IMG/VR virus record: IMGVR_UViG_3300032083_003484
Span: 1-64,000 of that record
Direction: 5' to 3' (one strand)
DNA: 64,000 nt
Source: a virus
Shown here: one piece after another, positions 41,175 through 50,415 of the stretch
Layout: each line of letters begins with the position of its first letter
How positions within the stretch are numbered: position 1 is the stretch's first letter
Program-made: the position numbers and the translations under genes
Notes under the pieces: model-generated
Databases searched by the model: none
Seen by the model: the letters and a program-made list of their open reading frames with translations, nothing else
What the model was told of the DNA's origin: nothing

Positions 41175-42186
41175 ATATCCTGTTTAAGTATGTTATTGCA
41201 CTGTGTGGATTAAAATATGCAGCTGCAGCTGCAACGTTTGAATCTGTACATATTAGACGGTCGCATCTTGACATCAAGACACAATCAATTAAACACTCCT
41301 CTCCGTGTTCCGGGCCAGTTGCAGACGTCAAACATATGGGATCGCTGGAGTTATACTTGCTCATCCTTACGGCGGGACGTGCAATTGTTCTCTTGCGGCC
41401 AAATGCTTTAAATATTTCCGCAATCGCCTCGTTGTTGTCAGATGCAACAAATATTTGACTATCTTTTTCTGTTAATTTTTCTTCGATCATATCTAAGTAT
41501 GCATGCAACGGTAAGGATTTGTGGGGGAATTCCATTTTTTTGTCTGTCCCCCTTACGTGCACAGCTAGAACGTCTTCTTTAAAGAATTTATTATAAAATT
41601 TATTTATTTTGTTTGTTATTTCTTTTTTTATTTTTATATTATTTAATATTATTCTGTTAGCACTTTCCCTGTGTTCTCTCTCTAGTGGCGTTCCTAGTAA
41701 GTCCCATAGAAGGAGCGGTTCATACAAATGAATATTTTTAATTAAAAATTTATTTTGCATGTTATAATCTAGCTCTCCTGCCATGAATATGTCAGATACA
41801 TCATGATTAGCGGCGAGCGCATCTTTAACACTATAACTATTTAATGGCTCAAAATAATATTCCCATGGGTTTAAAGAGTTATTCCAACCATCTTTTGACC
41901 AGTAAAGACACTGACAGTGTTTCATCCCAGGAGTGTTGTTGTAGGATGCGGGCGCTGAATCTGTTAGAAAATTGTTTTTGTCTAAAACGCTTGGGTCTTT
42001 AGTGTTCCTATACTCTATGGTACCTGAGCGGCCGTGATTAGAGTCTCTTCGACCCGGCCCCCAACGGACAACAGGAATATAGTTATTATCTTCTGCCCAC
42101 TTAATATTATCAATTGTATGTAAAAATATAGAAAAAAGACCATATGGTCTTGAATCAATAATCAAGAATTTTTTATTCATTTTCAT
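41164..42186 (-). CDS. NodZ/GT23-like (alpha-1,6) fucosyltransferase-family glycosyltransferase
   Basis: GLFS, LAVHVRGTDK, IFVASD, DCVLMSRCD...SNV. Confidence 0.75.
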   Translation of the reverse strand: MKMNKKFLIIDSRPYGLFSIFLHTIDNIKWAEDNNYIPVVRWGPGRRDSNHGRSGTIEYRNTKDPSVLDKNNFLTDSAPASYNNTPGMKHCQCLYWSKDGWNNSLNPWEYYFEPLNSYSVKDALAANHDVSDIFMAGELDYNMQNKFLIKNIHLYEPLLLWDLLGTPLEREHRESANRIILNNIKIKKEITNKINKFYNKFFKEDVLAVHVRGTDKKMEFPHKSLPLHAYLDMIEEKLTEKDSQIFVASDNNEAIAEIFKAFGRKRTIARPAVRMSKYNSSDPICLTSATGPEHGEECLIDCVLMSRCDRLICTDSNVAAAAAYFNPHSAITYLNRIYGS

Positions 42187-43819
42187 TAATGTTAAAGTGT
42201 TTCTTGTACGTATTGTAATTTTTTAAACCAAAAACGTTTTTATATTTATTAAATATCTTTGATTCTTCTTTTAATTTTTCATGAAAATTTTCTTTTGCTG
42301 TAGATAAACCATTTACGTTGTAGTAGTACAAGCCAAGTACCTGTTGTATTTTCTTAAACTTCGATCCGCTTTGTGTGCAGCGCAGCCACATTTCCCAATC
42401 TCCCGCAAAGTTTAATTTTGTATCAAATAACCCATTTTTTTCACTCATTGTTTTTCTCCACATCGGGAGCGGTCCCGGAAGACACTTAATCATGTTTTCT
42501 TTCGAATATTCTAACACCGAGTGCTCATAGAGTTTGTTGAACGAGCTGTTATTTAAATATGTTTCATTTTTTATATTTGTTTGATAAGAATCAGCATAAA
42601 CTAAATCAATTGTGTCGTCAACACTTAAATTTTTTGCCATTATCTCTAAAGAGTTATAAGCTCTGGTGTCGTCGACGTTCCACAAGGTAAGATAATCACC
42701 TGTCGATTTTTTAATCCCCAAGTTCATTGTTTCGTGCACATTTAAAGTTTTATTTAGTTTTTTATAAAATATATTATCATGCTTTTTAATGTATTTTTCT
42801 ATTATTTCAAATTCTTTATCCGGCGAATTAGCATCAAATATTAATAACTCACATTTATCAAATATGGTCTGTTTGACCACTTCTGACATAAAATGCTCTA
42901 TGTACTCTCCCCCTTTGTATAGGGAAGTTATTATTGAAATCTTAGGAATATATATCGATTTTATAAATTGAACTTTTTTATCTTGAATAACGTTTATAAA
43001 TTTTGAAATTGTTTCATTTTTCTTATTTTCAATAAAATTTATTAAATCTAATCCTTTCAGATCACCAAACCAGGGTTCACTAGTGGCTCCTACTAATTTA
43101 TTGGTGACAATTGTGCACCCCAGTATACGTGCCTCTATTGCAACCCGGCTAAAACTTTCAAGCCACTCGGGGAAAAAATATAACTTTTCGGCGGTGGCTA
43201 GCTCTTTTATAAAAGTCTCATATTTGGACGGCTGTATAAATTCAAATTCAATATTATTTTTCTTACAATATTGAACTGTTCTATCCATTCCTTTATTTTT
43301 GTTTTTTGTATACAATATTACATTTTTTTTTGTTTTTTTAATATTAATAGATTTTTTTAATAGTTCTATATTATCATTTGACCATAAATTGCACCCTAAA
43401 TTTACAACATGGTTTATTAAAAGATTTTTTTGTAAGACTTCTGCATGGATCTTACTTTGACAAAAAACTGCTTTTGCATTTTCAAAAAAATCTTTGTTTA
43501 TAATAAATCTCGAAGGCGCTAGCATGTTTAAAAACTTAGAAGGATCATTTGTTGAAACATACTTATGATCGTGCTCTAAGATAATATATTTTGTATTTTT
43601 AAGTAAATTTAAATTATTTTTACTTAAATTCATAAAATTTGAAATTATATAAAATTTATCATCTCTAATGTGAGCCGGCGTCAATAAATGACAATTAATT
43701 TTTTCAAGCTTGCATCCTTCTGATACTAGGCATTTAATGAGTTCATCATTAAATGCCTCTGCGCCCCCCGAGATCCCTTGTTCGGCAAAGAAATCAGATA
43801 CAAAAACAACATCATGCAT
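42173..43819 (-). CDS. Two-domain glycosyltransferase (GT-B/GT4-like + GT2)
   Basis: GGAE...ESFSRVAIEARILGC; ISIITSLY...WNVDD...GDWEMWLR. Confidence 0.85.
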   Translation of the reverse strand: MHDVVFVSDFFAEQGISGGAEAFNDELIKCLVSEGCKLEKINCHLLTPAHIRDDKFYIISNFMNLSKNNLNLLKNTKYIILEHDHKYVSTNDPSKFLNMLAPSRFIINKDFFENAKAVFCQSKIHAEVLQKNLLINHVVNLGCNLWSNDNIELLKKSINIKKTKKNVILYTKNKNKGMDRTVQYCKKNNIEFEFIQPSKYETFIKELATAEKLYFFPEWLESFSRVAIEARILGCTIVTNKLVGATSEPWFGDLKGLDLINFIENKKNETISKFINVIQDKKVQFIKSIYIPKISIITSLYKGGEYIEHFMSEVVKQTIFDKCELLIFDANSPDKEFEIIEKYIKKHDNIFYKKLNKTLNVHETMNLGIKKSTGDYLTLWNVDDTRAYNSLEIMAKNLSVDDTIDLVYADSYQTNIKNETYLNNSSFNKLYEHSVLEYSKENMIKCLPGPLPMWRKTMSEKNGLFDTKLNFAGDWEMWLRCTQSGSKFKKIQQVLGLYYYNVNGLSTAKENFHEKLKEESKIFNKYKNVFGLKNYNTYKKHFNINENE

Positions 43820-45101
43820 ATTCTTTTATTTCTTGTATGTTGTCAGACCATGTCTCCCAGTTAATTAATTCTGTCTTATCAACAACATTATCGATTATTT
43901 TCTCAAATACTTCTTCTTCGTTTGGCCATTCTTTCTCAAGCCATTCTGCTAACTGGGTTGCTTTCTTTTGCATTGCGCCGTGATTCTCCATCATCGAGCG
44001 CATCTTCATCTTAAATGAGCCTTCCTTTGGAAAACACCACATAGAATCAGGAATGATAACTTTATCCCATACAACTTCTTTCTGGACGTGGCGAAGTTCA
44101 TAATCTACCTTAAGTGGAATGAACTTGTTTTTTCCCTTTACAGGCATCGTCAAGAAGTCGGTGTGCCCTGACCAAGCCGGTGCGATGATAGGAAGGCCTG
44201 CTTGTGCTGCCTCGAATAGCGGAAGCCCATAACCTTCACCATGAGTTGTTGTGATAAAGGCGTGAATGTCCTTGTGTCGATAAAGGAGCGCCATCTCCTC
44301 TTCTGTCATATAGCCATGAAGAAGATATACCTTACATTTCTTTTCTTTGTAATCTTCGTGATCTAGAAGAACCTTGATTCTCTCAATACAATGAACCCGA
44401 TCGATCTCGCAGTTCTTTGCTAGGTTGGTCTTTAGAACTAAGCCAACATTTTCACGATCGAAGTTTTCTTCGATAAACCATTTGACTAGGTTCTCTAGAT
44501 TCTTTCGTGGTCCCCATTGGGCAACTGAAAGAAAGTTAAAGTCTGTTTCAAAAGAGATTTGGTTTTCAATTGACTCTGGGCTGTCTTTAAATTCCCAATC
44601 TTTTCTTGGATAAGGAATAACTTCAATGGGTGTTTCGTTTTTGTAGCCCTTGACGATTTCTCCAGTTTGTTGGTTTTGTGCGTCATAAGAGGTTTCGTCA
44701 AAAGCATAACGAGCAAACTGAGAAGGAACAATGATTTTATCCATCATATTTGCCTTCTCAATCCATTCTCCCGCAATCTTTGTGGTTTCAATACCTGCGG
44801 TGACGCCAATGTTGATCGGGGCCATACGCTCCCATTCAAGAGGTATTGTGACCTGTATTGAGACGTCTGGCTGAGGCATTTGCTTTTGTTGCATTAGCAT
44901 AGCTGTCTTTTGAACGAGCGAGTCAAGCCATGCTCGCTCCTCATCGTCTTCAAAGATCCAGTTTGTCGCACCCCAACTGGTTGAAAGAAGGTAAAGATCT
45001 AGATCTTCCTCTCTTGAACGAAGTGAACGAAGAACCAAGCGTGTGTGTTCTCCATAGCCTGATTGTGATAGCGCTGGGCCTCTAACTAATACCTTTTTCA
45101 T
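43812..45101 (-). CDS. GT4-family glycosyltransferase
   Basis: SGYG, RKN, HGEGYGLPLFEAAQAGLPII...SGH.DF. Confidence 0.9.
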   Translation of the reverse strand: MKKVLVRGPALSQSGYGEHTRLVLRSLRSREEDLDLYLLSTSWGATNWIFEDDEERAWLDSLVQKTAMLMQQKQMPQPDVSIQVTIPLEWERMAPINIGVTAGIETTKIAGEWIEKANMMDKIIVPSQFARYAFDETSYDAQNQQTGEIVKGYKNETPIEVIPYPRKDWEFKDSPESIENQISFETDFNFLSVAQWGPRKNLENLVKWFIEENFDRENVGLVLKTNLAKNCEIDRVHCIERIKVLLDHEDYKEKKCKVYLLHGYMTEEEMALLYRHKDIHAFITTTHGEGYGLPLFEAAQAGLPIIAPAWSGHTDFLTMPVKGKNKFIPLKVDYELRHVQKEVVWDKVIIPDSMWCFPKEGSFKMKMRSMMENHGAMQKKATQLAEWLEKEWPNEEEVFEKIIDNVVDKTELINWETWSDNIQEIKEYA

Positions 45102-46360
45102 ACTACCTCCTCAAATGTCCAAGTTGAATGATTTTTTCTGCTTTCCCAAGATCCATAACGATTATGAATGTCTTCTAGGAGTGTTGGCCATTTATCACAA
45201 AAGTCTTTAAAGTTATAGTTCTTTTGCACGTGCTCTCGACCAGCTTCGCCAAGTGCGTTTCGCTCTTCTTCGGGCATTTCCATAATCTTCGTGAGAGCCT
45301 CTATAAAGTCTTCCTTGTTGAGACGGTCCTCATAGATGTAAGGAATGTCTTGAGAGCCTATGATGGCCTTTGAGGACGGTTCTAGGCCTATTCCAAACCA
45401 GTTCTCACCATCAGTTACTTGTTCTTGGAGCCCACCGGTCATATTTACAATGATTGGGGTTCCACAAGAAAGAGACTCAAGGGTTGCTAGACCAAAACCT
45501 TCAGCATCTGAAATGTTGAGGGTGCAATCAACCATATTGTAAATGTTCGCAAGAATCTGCGGTGGATACTTTTGCTTTGAAAAGAATACTTGGCCATCTT
45601 CGTGCATATCAAGTTTCTTTGCAATTGCTTCTAGGTCTTGACCGTTTGGATCTTTTGGTTCTGTATGCATAATAAGAGTTGCCTTGTCCTTTCCAACTCT
45701 TTCCAAAAACTCTTTAAACCAAAATAGCAGGGTTCCTGACTGCTTTCGTCGTGCGTTTCGGTTGTTCCAAAAGAATACAAACTTTTCGTGGGACTCTCCT
45801 AGTTGTTCTTTCCTAAGATCTGATGTAGCTTCTGTTGGCATTGGCTTGAAGATGTCGCCATCAACTGCGTGTGGAACATAGTGAGATTCAACATCCGGCG
45901 CAACTTCTCGAACAATAGCATCTGTAACCTTTGAGATTGAACAAATAACATCATTTGAGTTATAAAACTTTTCATTGTAATAGGGAGCTGGGAAGTTGTC
46001 CCATACGTGATAATAAACCATCGGCATTTGAGAACGGATCTCGTCTTCCATTTCCCAAAGCCACCCAAAGAAACGTGGATCTGTCATAAACCACAAAAGG
46101 TCCGGTCGATGATTTCTCATAATCGACCGGACCACATCAGGCGTTCCAAACCCGTCAATCGGGTAAATGACCCAATCATCGCCCCATTCCTCTGTCTTGA
46201 TGGGGTCGTATTTTGGATGTTTTATAGCACCACCAAGCGAAATAACTTGGTACTTTCCTGTTTTCAGAAGGGATTCTATTACATACTTTGTTTGAGTGCC
46301 AACACCAGACGGGGAAAGAGGCATGTCTGATATTGTTAGAATCTTAATCTTGTCTGTCAT
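45098..46360 (-). CDS. GT4-family glycosyltransferase
   Basis: SGVG, VPHAVD, NRNARRK, EGFGLATLESLSCGTPII; start moved to the ATG at 46360. Confidence 0.9.
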   Translation of the reverse strand: MTDKIKILTISDMPLSPSGVGTQTKYVIESLLKTGKYQVISLGGAIKHPKYDPIKTEEWGDDWVIYPIDGFGTPDVVRSIMRNHRPDLLWFMTDPRFFGWLWEMEDEIRSQMPMVYYHVWDNFPAPYYNEKFYNSNDVICSISKVTDAIVREVAPDVESHYVPHAVDGDIFKPMPTEATSDLRKEQLGESHEKFVFFWNNRNARRKQSGTLLFWFKEFLERVGKDKATLIMHTEPKDPNGQDLEAIAKKLDMHEDGQVFFSKQKYPPQILANIYNMVDCTLNISDAEGFGLATLESLSCGTPIIVNMTGGLQEQVTDGENWFGIGLEPSSKAIIGSQDIPYIYEDRLNKEDFIEALTKIMEMPEEERNALGEAGREHVQKNYNFKDFCDKWPTLLEDIHNRYGSWESRKNHSTWTFEEVV

Positions 46361-46361
46361 T

Positions 46362-47165
46362 TTACCTCGGGCAATGTTTTGTATGTTTGAATTCACAATA
46401 AGTGCAATTCATTCTATTCTTAAAGTATAACTGTTTGTGAATATTATAAACTGCTTTTTTTGTAAAGTCAAGAGCATTTTCAACTTTTTTTTGCCCTGAA
46501 GTGATTTTAAATATTTCTACCCTATTTTTCTTTGCTGTTCTTTTAAGAAGCGCAAAGTGACATTCAACGTCTTTTAGTGGAATGCCGTATTTCTTAGCAT
46601 AAAAATACTTGTAAAGAACTAACTGGTAGTTCGTCATCTTGCTACTTTTCTTTTCTGCTTTCCATCCCCAAGAACAAGTTTTGTAATCTAGAATGTGAAT
46701 CTTGCCATCTGAAGTCTTGATAATAAGATCGATAAAACCTTTGAAAGAAAAGTTATAATCAATTCCTAGATCTTCTTTACAGTCTTCATAAAGAGAGTAC
46801 TCTACAGCAACTAACTCAAACTTGCCGAATTCGATGCGAAGAGCGGGTAAAATAAGCTCAACAAGGTCTTCACCCTGTGCTTTCATCTGTTCTACGAGCA
46901 TTTCATCGTATTCTACACCATCTTTTTGGAGTTGGTTGATTTGTTTTGTAAAATCTTTTTGGAAATAAGAAATAGGGTCTTCTATATTCTCCAAAAGCAA
47001 CTGTTCCGCTGTGTTGTGAACAGCGGAACCAAAAGCGGTATGGGCAGAGCCCTTGAAACCAGCAATGTCGTCGACGTATACTAACTTGTGATACCAAGGG
47101 CATTTATGCCAATTGGAAAGTTCGGAAAAAGAAATATGTGGTTTATGTAGCTTCGGCTCGGTCAT
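46362..47165 (-). CDS. Cas4/AddB-like PD-(D/E)XK exonuclease with Fe-S cysteines
   Basis: CP, G..VH, GFIDLI, ILDYKT, QLVLY, CTYCEF....C. Confidence 0.85.
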   Translation of the reverse strand: MTEPKLHKPHISFSELSNWHKCPWYHKLVYVDDIAGFKGSAHTAFGSAVHNTAEQLLLENIEDPISYFQKDFTKQINQLQKDGVEYDEMLVEQMKAQGEDLVELILPALRIEFGKFELVAVEYSLYEDCKEDLGIDYNFSFKGFIDLIIKTSDGKIHILDYKTCSWGWKAEKKSSKMTNYQLVLYKYFYAKKYGIPLKDVECHFALLKRTAKKNRVEIFKITSGQKKVENALDFTKKAVYNIHKQLYFKNRMNCTYCEFKHTKHCPR

Positions 47166-47793
47166 TTAGCTCCTTTATCTTGTTAAACGCCTCTGGTGAG
47201 ATCTTAGCAGATGCGGAGGCGCTTGTCAAGTAAAAGTGCTCAAAAGCGTTGGCCCAGTATTCCCTGAGAGACGTCGCCCCATACGGAGAGGCGAAGAGGC
47301 CTGGAGTTAGGATGTGTAAGATGTCGTAGCCAACAGTTTGATAAAGAAACTCATCCCATTCTGGGTCATACTCAAACGGAACAGTTATAAGGAACTTTTC
47401 TGGAATTGCTATTTGAGCTTGCTTTCCCATTAGGCCGATTAGCTTTAAGTATTTTTCTTTATACTCTTGTTGGATCTTGCCGTCGCCATAGATAAAGTCG
47501 GTGAAGCGCTCCTCAAGAGAGTGCGCAACCTCGTGCACGATGTCGTCTAGAAAGTCCTGTTCGGAAGACTGTTCAGGCAAGACATAGATAGCGCCGTCAG
47601 CATAGGCAGCATTTAGCTCTCTTTCTCTAAGATCCTCAAACTCACCAACATAAATAACATCGATGCCTTGCATTAGAAAATAACCCGGTAAGGCTTTTTC
47701 TAATTTTTCCAAGGCTTGTTTAAAATCAAACCTAGTCTTTCCTTGTATAAAAACCTCAATTTGTCCGGCGTATAAAGTAAAAAAATTATTCAT
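47143..47793 (-). CDS. Zincin metallopeptidase (lethal-factor/MtfA-like)
   Basis: IVHEVAH and downstream YGATSLREYWANAF. Confidence 0.7.
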   Translation of the reverse strand: MNNFFTLYAGQIEVFIQGKTRFDFKQALEKLEKALPGYFLMQGIDVIYVGEFEDLRERELNAAYADGAIYVLPEQSSEQDFLDDIVHEVAHSLEERFTDFIYGDGKIQQEYKEKYLKLIGLMGKQAQIAIPEKFLITVPFEYDPEWDEFLYQTVGYDILHILTPGLFASPYGATSLREYWANAFEHFYLTSASASAKISPEAFNKIKELNDRAEAT

Positions 47794-48055
47794 CGTCTTC
47801 AGCTTGCGGACCTAGATCGTCCATTGCTTGCTCGTAGCCACGAATAAAGTTTTCCTCAGCAAGAGCAAAAACAAGCTCTGGGAAGTGTGAAGCCAGTACA
47901 TCAATAACCATCTCAACCGTAACATTGCCGGTTTCCGGCTTAAGCTCTTTTCCAACATAATCAACAACAAAAGTCTTAAGTTCGTTGTCGACCTGTACAA
48001 CCTCATCAAGATCAGGATTACGCATTGCTTCTTCCATGGTTTTTATCTTTTCCAT
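47786..48055 (-). CDS. Hypothetical protein
   Basis: 89-aa ORF with SD GAGG; AEENFIRGYEQA. Confidence 0.6.
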   Translation of the reverse strand: MEKIKTMEEAMRNPDLDEVVQVDNELKTFVVDYVGKELKPETGNVTVEMVIDVLASHFPELVFALAEENFIRGYEQAMDDLGPQAEDDE

Positions 48056-48065
48056 TTTTTACCTC

Positions 48066-49376
48066 TTATAAGATCTTGGATGCTAGAGTAGCAATCTTGG
48101 ATCGCTCACCTCTAACAAGTGTGACGTGGCCGGAGATTTCGTACTCCTTGAACTTCTCAACTGCGTAAGCAAGTCCGTTTGACGTCTCGTCAGTATAGTC
48201 ATTATCGATTTGCTCAATGTCTCCGGTGAGAACAATCTTTGTATTATTTCCAACACGTGTAATAATAGTTTTTATTTCATGCATTGTCAAGTTTTGTGCT
48301 TCATCAATAATAATGTAAGCGTTGTTTATTGAACGACCACGAATGTAAGTAAGTGCTTCAATCTCAATAATTCCTCGCTCTTGGAACATCTTAAAATTTT
48401 CCTTGCCTGAGAGCAGGGTTTCTAAGTTGTCCTGAACGGGGGCTAGCCAGGGAAGCATCTTTTCTTCTAGCGTACCTGGAAGGAAGCCAATGTCCTTACC
48501 CATAGGAGTTACGGGACGTGATACAATAAGTTTGTCGTATTCTTCCTTCTCTAAGACTAGCTCCAACCCAGCAGCAATTGCGGTCAAGGTTTTGCCAGTT
48601 CCTGCTTTTCCGATAAGGCTTACCAAACTAATGCTGTCATCTAAAAGTAAGTTTATAGCAAATGCTTGCTCTTTGTTTCTTGGAGACAGAGTGTTAAATA
48701 CCTTTACACGCTCGCCTGAACGAACTTTTCGCAAAGGGGATGACGGTCTAATATATCTTGCTAGCGCAGTCTTTTTATCGTTAGCATTGGAAACCAACAT
48801 CAAGAACTGACTTGGGTAATAAGCTTCATCTACAAAGATTTCTTCACCGGCATAAAACCGATCAACAACTTCATCATCAACCAAAACTGATGAGAAGCCT
48901 GTGTAAAGTTCGCTTGTGTCTTTTACGACCTTTGAGCGAATATAGTCTTCACACAGGAGACCAAGAGAGTCGCACTTGACTCGCATGTTGATGTCCCTGG
49001 AGACCATGACATGCTTTCTCCGTGGGTTGGCGGCTCGCTCTTGGAAAGCGCAGCAAATGATCTCATTGTCTGGATCTTTTAATTGAATGTCCGGACAGTC
49101 TGCTAGATTTTCAGGATCTAACTGAACTGCTTTTAAAATTCCTAAACCTTTTCCTAAACGAACTCCTTTATAAAGAGATCCTTTTTCTCGCAAACTGTCT
49201 AAAATGCGGATTGTTTCTCTGGCATTTCTGCCAACACCATCTTGCCTTTTCTTGTGTTTATCTAACTCTTCTAGGACCTTAAAGGGTAATAAAATATCGT
49301 TATTCTCAAACGCATAAAGCGAATCCGGATGTGTCAAAGGTACATTCGTATCTAGAACATAAGTTTTTTTTGCCAT
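48066..49376 (-). CDS. phoH: PIN-domain + PhoH ATPase (PhoH2/YlaK-like)
   Basis: YVLDTNV...EELD PIN domain; GKAGTGKT Walker A; RGRS, IIDEAQN, LTGDIEQID. Confidence 0.92.
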   Translation of the reverse strand: MAKKTYVLDTNVPLTHPDSLYAFENNDILLPFKVLEELDKHKKRQDGVGRNARETIRILDSLREKGSLYKGVRLGKGLGILKAVQLDPENLADCPDIQLKDPDNEIICCAFQERAANPRRKHVMVSRDINMRVKCDSLGLLCEDYIRSKVVKDTSELYTGFSSVLVDDEVVDRFYAGEEIFVDEAYYPSQFLMLVSNANDKKTALARYIRPSSPLRKVRSGERVKVFNTLSPRNKEQAFAINLLLDDSISLVSLIGKAGTGKTLTAIAAGLELVLEKEEYDKLIVSRPVTPMGKDIGFLPGTLEEKMLPWLAPVQDNLETLLSGKENFKMFQERGIIEIEALTYIRGRSINNAYIIIDEAQNLTMHEIKTIITRVGNNTKIVLTGDIEQIDNDYTDETSNGLAYAVEKFKEYEISGHVTLVRGERSKIATLASKIL

Positions 49377-49395
49377 GTGGTTTATCTCCTTTCTT

Positions 49396-49403
49396 TAAAT
49401 AGT
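49396..49403 (-). promoter_or_regulatory. Candidate late promoter ACTATTTA
   Basis: Intergenic, just upstream of the SD AAGGAG of phoH. Confidence 0.5.
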
Positions 49404-49405
49404 GT

Positions 49406-49600
49406 TTAGATCGATTCCATGGCCTTTCTATAACATTTTGGGAGAACCGAGAAACTAGTAAAAACAACCTTTCTTTTTGTTGTTCCAAAGTTAGTTTTCG
49501 TTGTGAGAATAAAGTTTAAGCATCTTTCTGAGGAATTCGCCTTGTCAAACTCAATATTGATATTTCTAGCAAAGCTAGGGTCTAATTTTTCATCATACAT
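49406..49600 (-). CDS. Small hypothetical protein
   Basis: Start reassigned to the ATG at 49600 (MYDEK) because the longer ORF runs into tRNA-Asn. Confidence 0.4.
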   Translation of the reverse strand: MYDEKLDPSFARNINIEFDKANSSERCLNFILTTKTNFGTTKRKVVFTSFSVLPKCYRKAMESI

Positions 49601-49630
49601 AATTTTTTTCCTTTTGTGTTTCGCTACCAG

Positions 49631-49705
49631 CTCTGACACTTGGACTCGAACCAAGGACAAGCGGATTAACAGTCCGCCGCTCTAAACCAACTGAGCTATG
49701 CCAGA
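49631..49705 (-). tRNA. tRNA-Asn(GUU), CCA not encoded
   Basis: Cloverleaf: TCTGGCA/TGTCAGA acceptor, GCTC/GAGC D-stem, GCGGA-CTGTTAA-TCCGC, CTTGG-TTCGAGT-CCAAG, discriminator G. Confidence 0.95.
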
Positions 49706-50415
49706 ATATTTAATATATTTATTGTCTCTTCCCATCCTTCTGTCTGAACGGAAACTCCTAATCTATTATCAACAATCTTTTTAGAAAGAGCATAATCATT
49801 TCCACCAGGGCGAGTTCTGTCTCCAACAAAAGCCAACCTTGCATTCGGGTGAAGCTCTAAGACTTCTTCAGCAACCTGGGACTTGTCTTGACCTGGATTG
49901 TTTAGGTCTAATGAGATCTCTCCACCGGCAACAGCAGATACTCCTGGGAATGTTTGTTCTATCTTCTTTACCAAGCCTAATCTTTCACCGGACATTTTAT
50001 CCCAAGTATGGTATTCTTTTCGTTCCTGTAGTGTCGCATTTCGGCCAACAATAGAAAAGTTCCACATTCCAATTCTTTTTTCTATGTGGTTTCCAGTCTT
50101 AAAAGGATAGTCAGAAGATCTAAGCTGGAATTTAAGAAACCTTTCAAAGCCAAGTGGTGGTCTAAAGTCTCTTTGATAAACTTTTTTATCGTTCTTGTAA
50201 AAGGCATTTCCCATACAAGCAAAAATACCCCCGGACAAGTTGAGAGTGTCCGGGGGTAACTGCTCTTCTATTTTTTCTAGATCTGAACCTGAGCATAAAT
50301 AAAATGTATGCTCTTTTGCCCAGTCCTCAAAGAAAGTTAGGAACTCTTTTGTTGCGGGCTGTCTTGCCGGGGTTAAAGTTCCATCAACATCAAATATATA
50401 TACTTTTTCAGTCAT
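49696..50415 (-). CDS. HAD-IIB phosphomannomutase (eukaryote-type PMM family)
   Basis: FDVDGTLT, SGSD, HIEKR.GM.NFS.VGR, GGEISLD, DK, GDRT..GGND. Confidence 0.88.
   Translation of the reverse strand: MTEKVYIFDVDGTLTPARQPATKEFLTFFEDWAKEHTFYLCSGSDLEKIEEQLPPDTLNLSGGIFACMGNAFYKNDKKVYQRDFRPPLGFERFLKFQLRSSDYPFKTGNHIEKRIGMWNFSIVGRNATLQERKEYHTWDKMSGERLGLVKKIEQTFPGVSAVAGGEISLDLNNPGQDKSQVAEEVLELHPNARLAFVGDRTRPGGNDYALSKKIVDNRLGVSVQTEGWEETINILNILA

Noticed and set aside
46362-47165. Cas4-like gene as evidence of a CRISPR-Cas system
   Set aside because: No repeat-spacer array or other cas genes seen; solo Cas4-like nucleases are common in phages.
49601-49660. N-terminal extension of ORF 49406..49660
   Set aside because: Starts inside tRNA-Asn; a downstream ATG at 49600 is more plausible.
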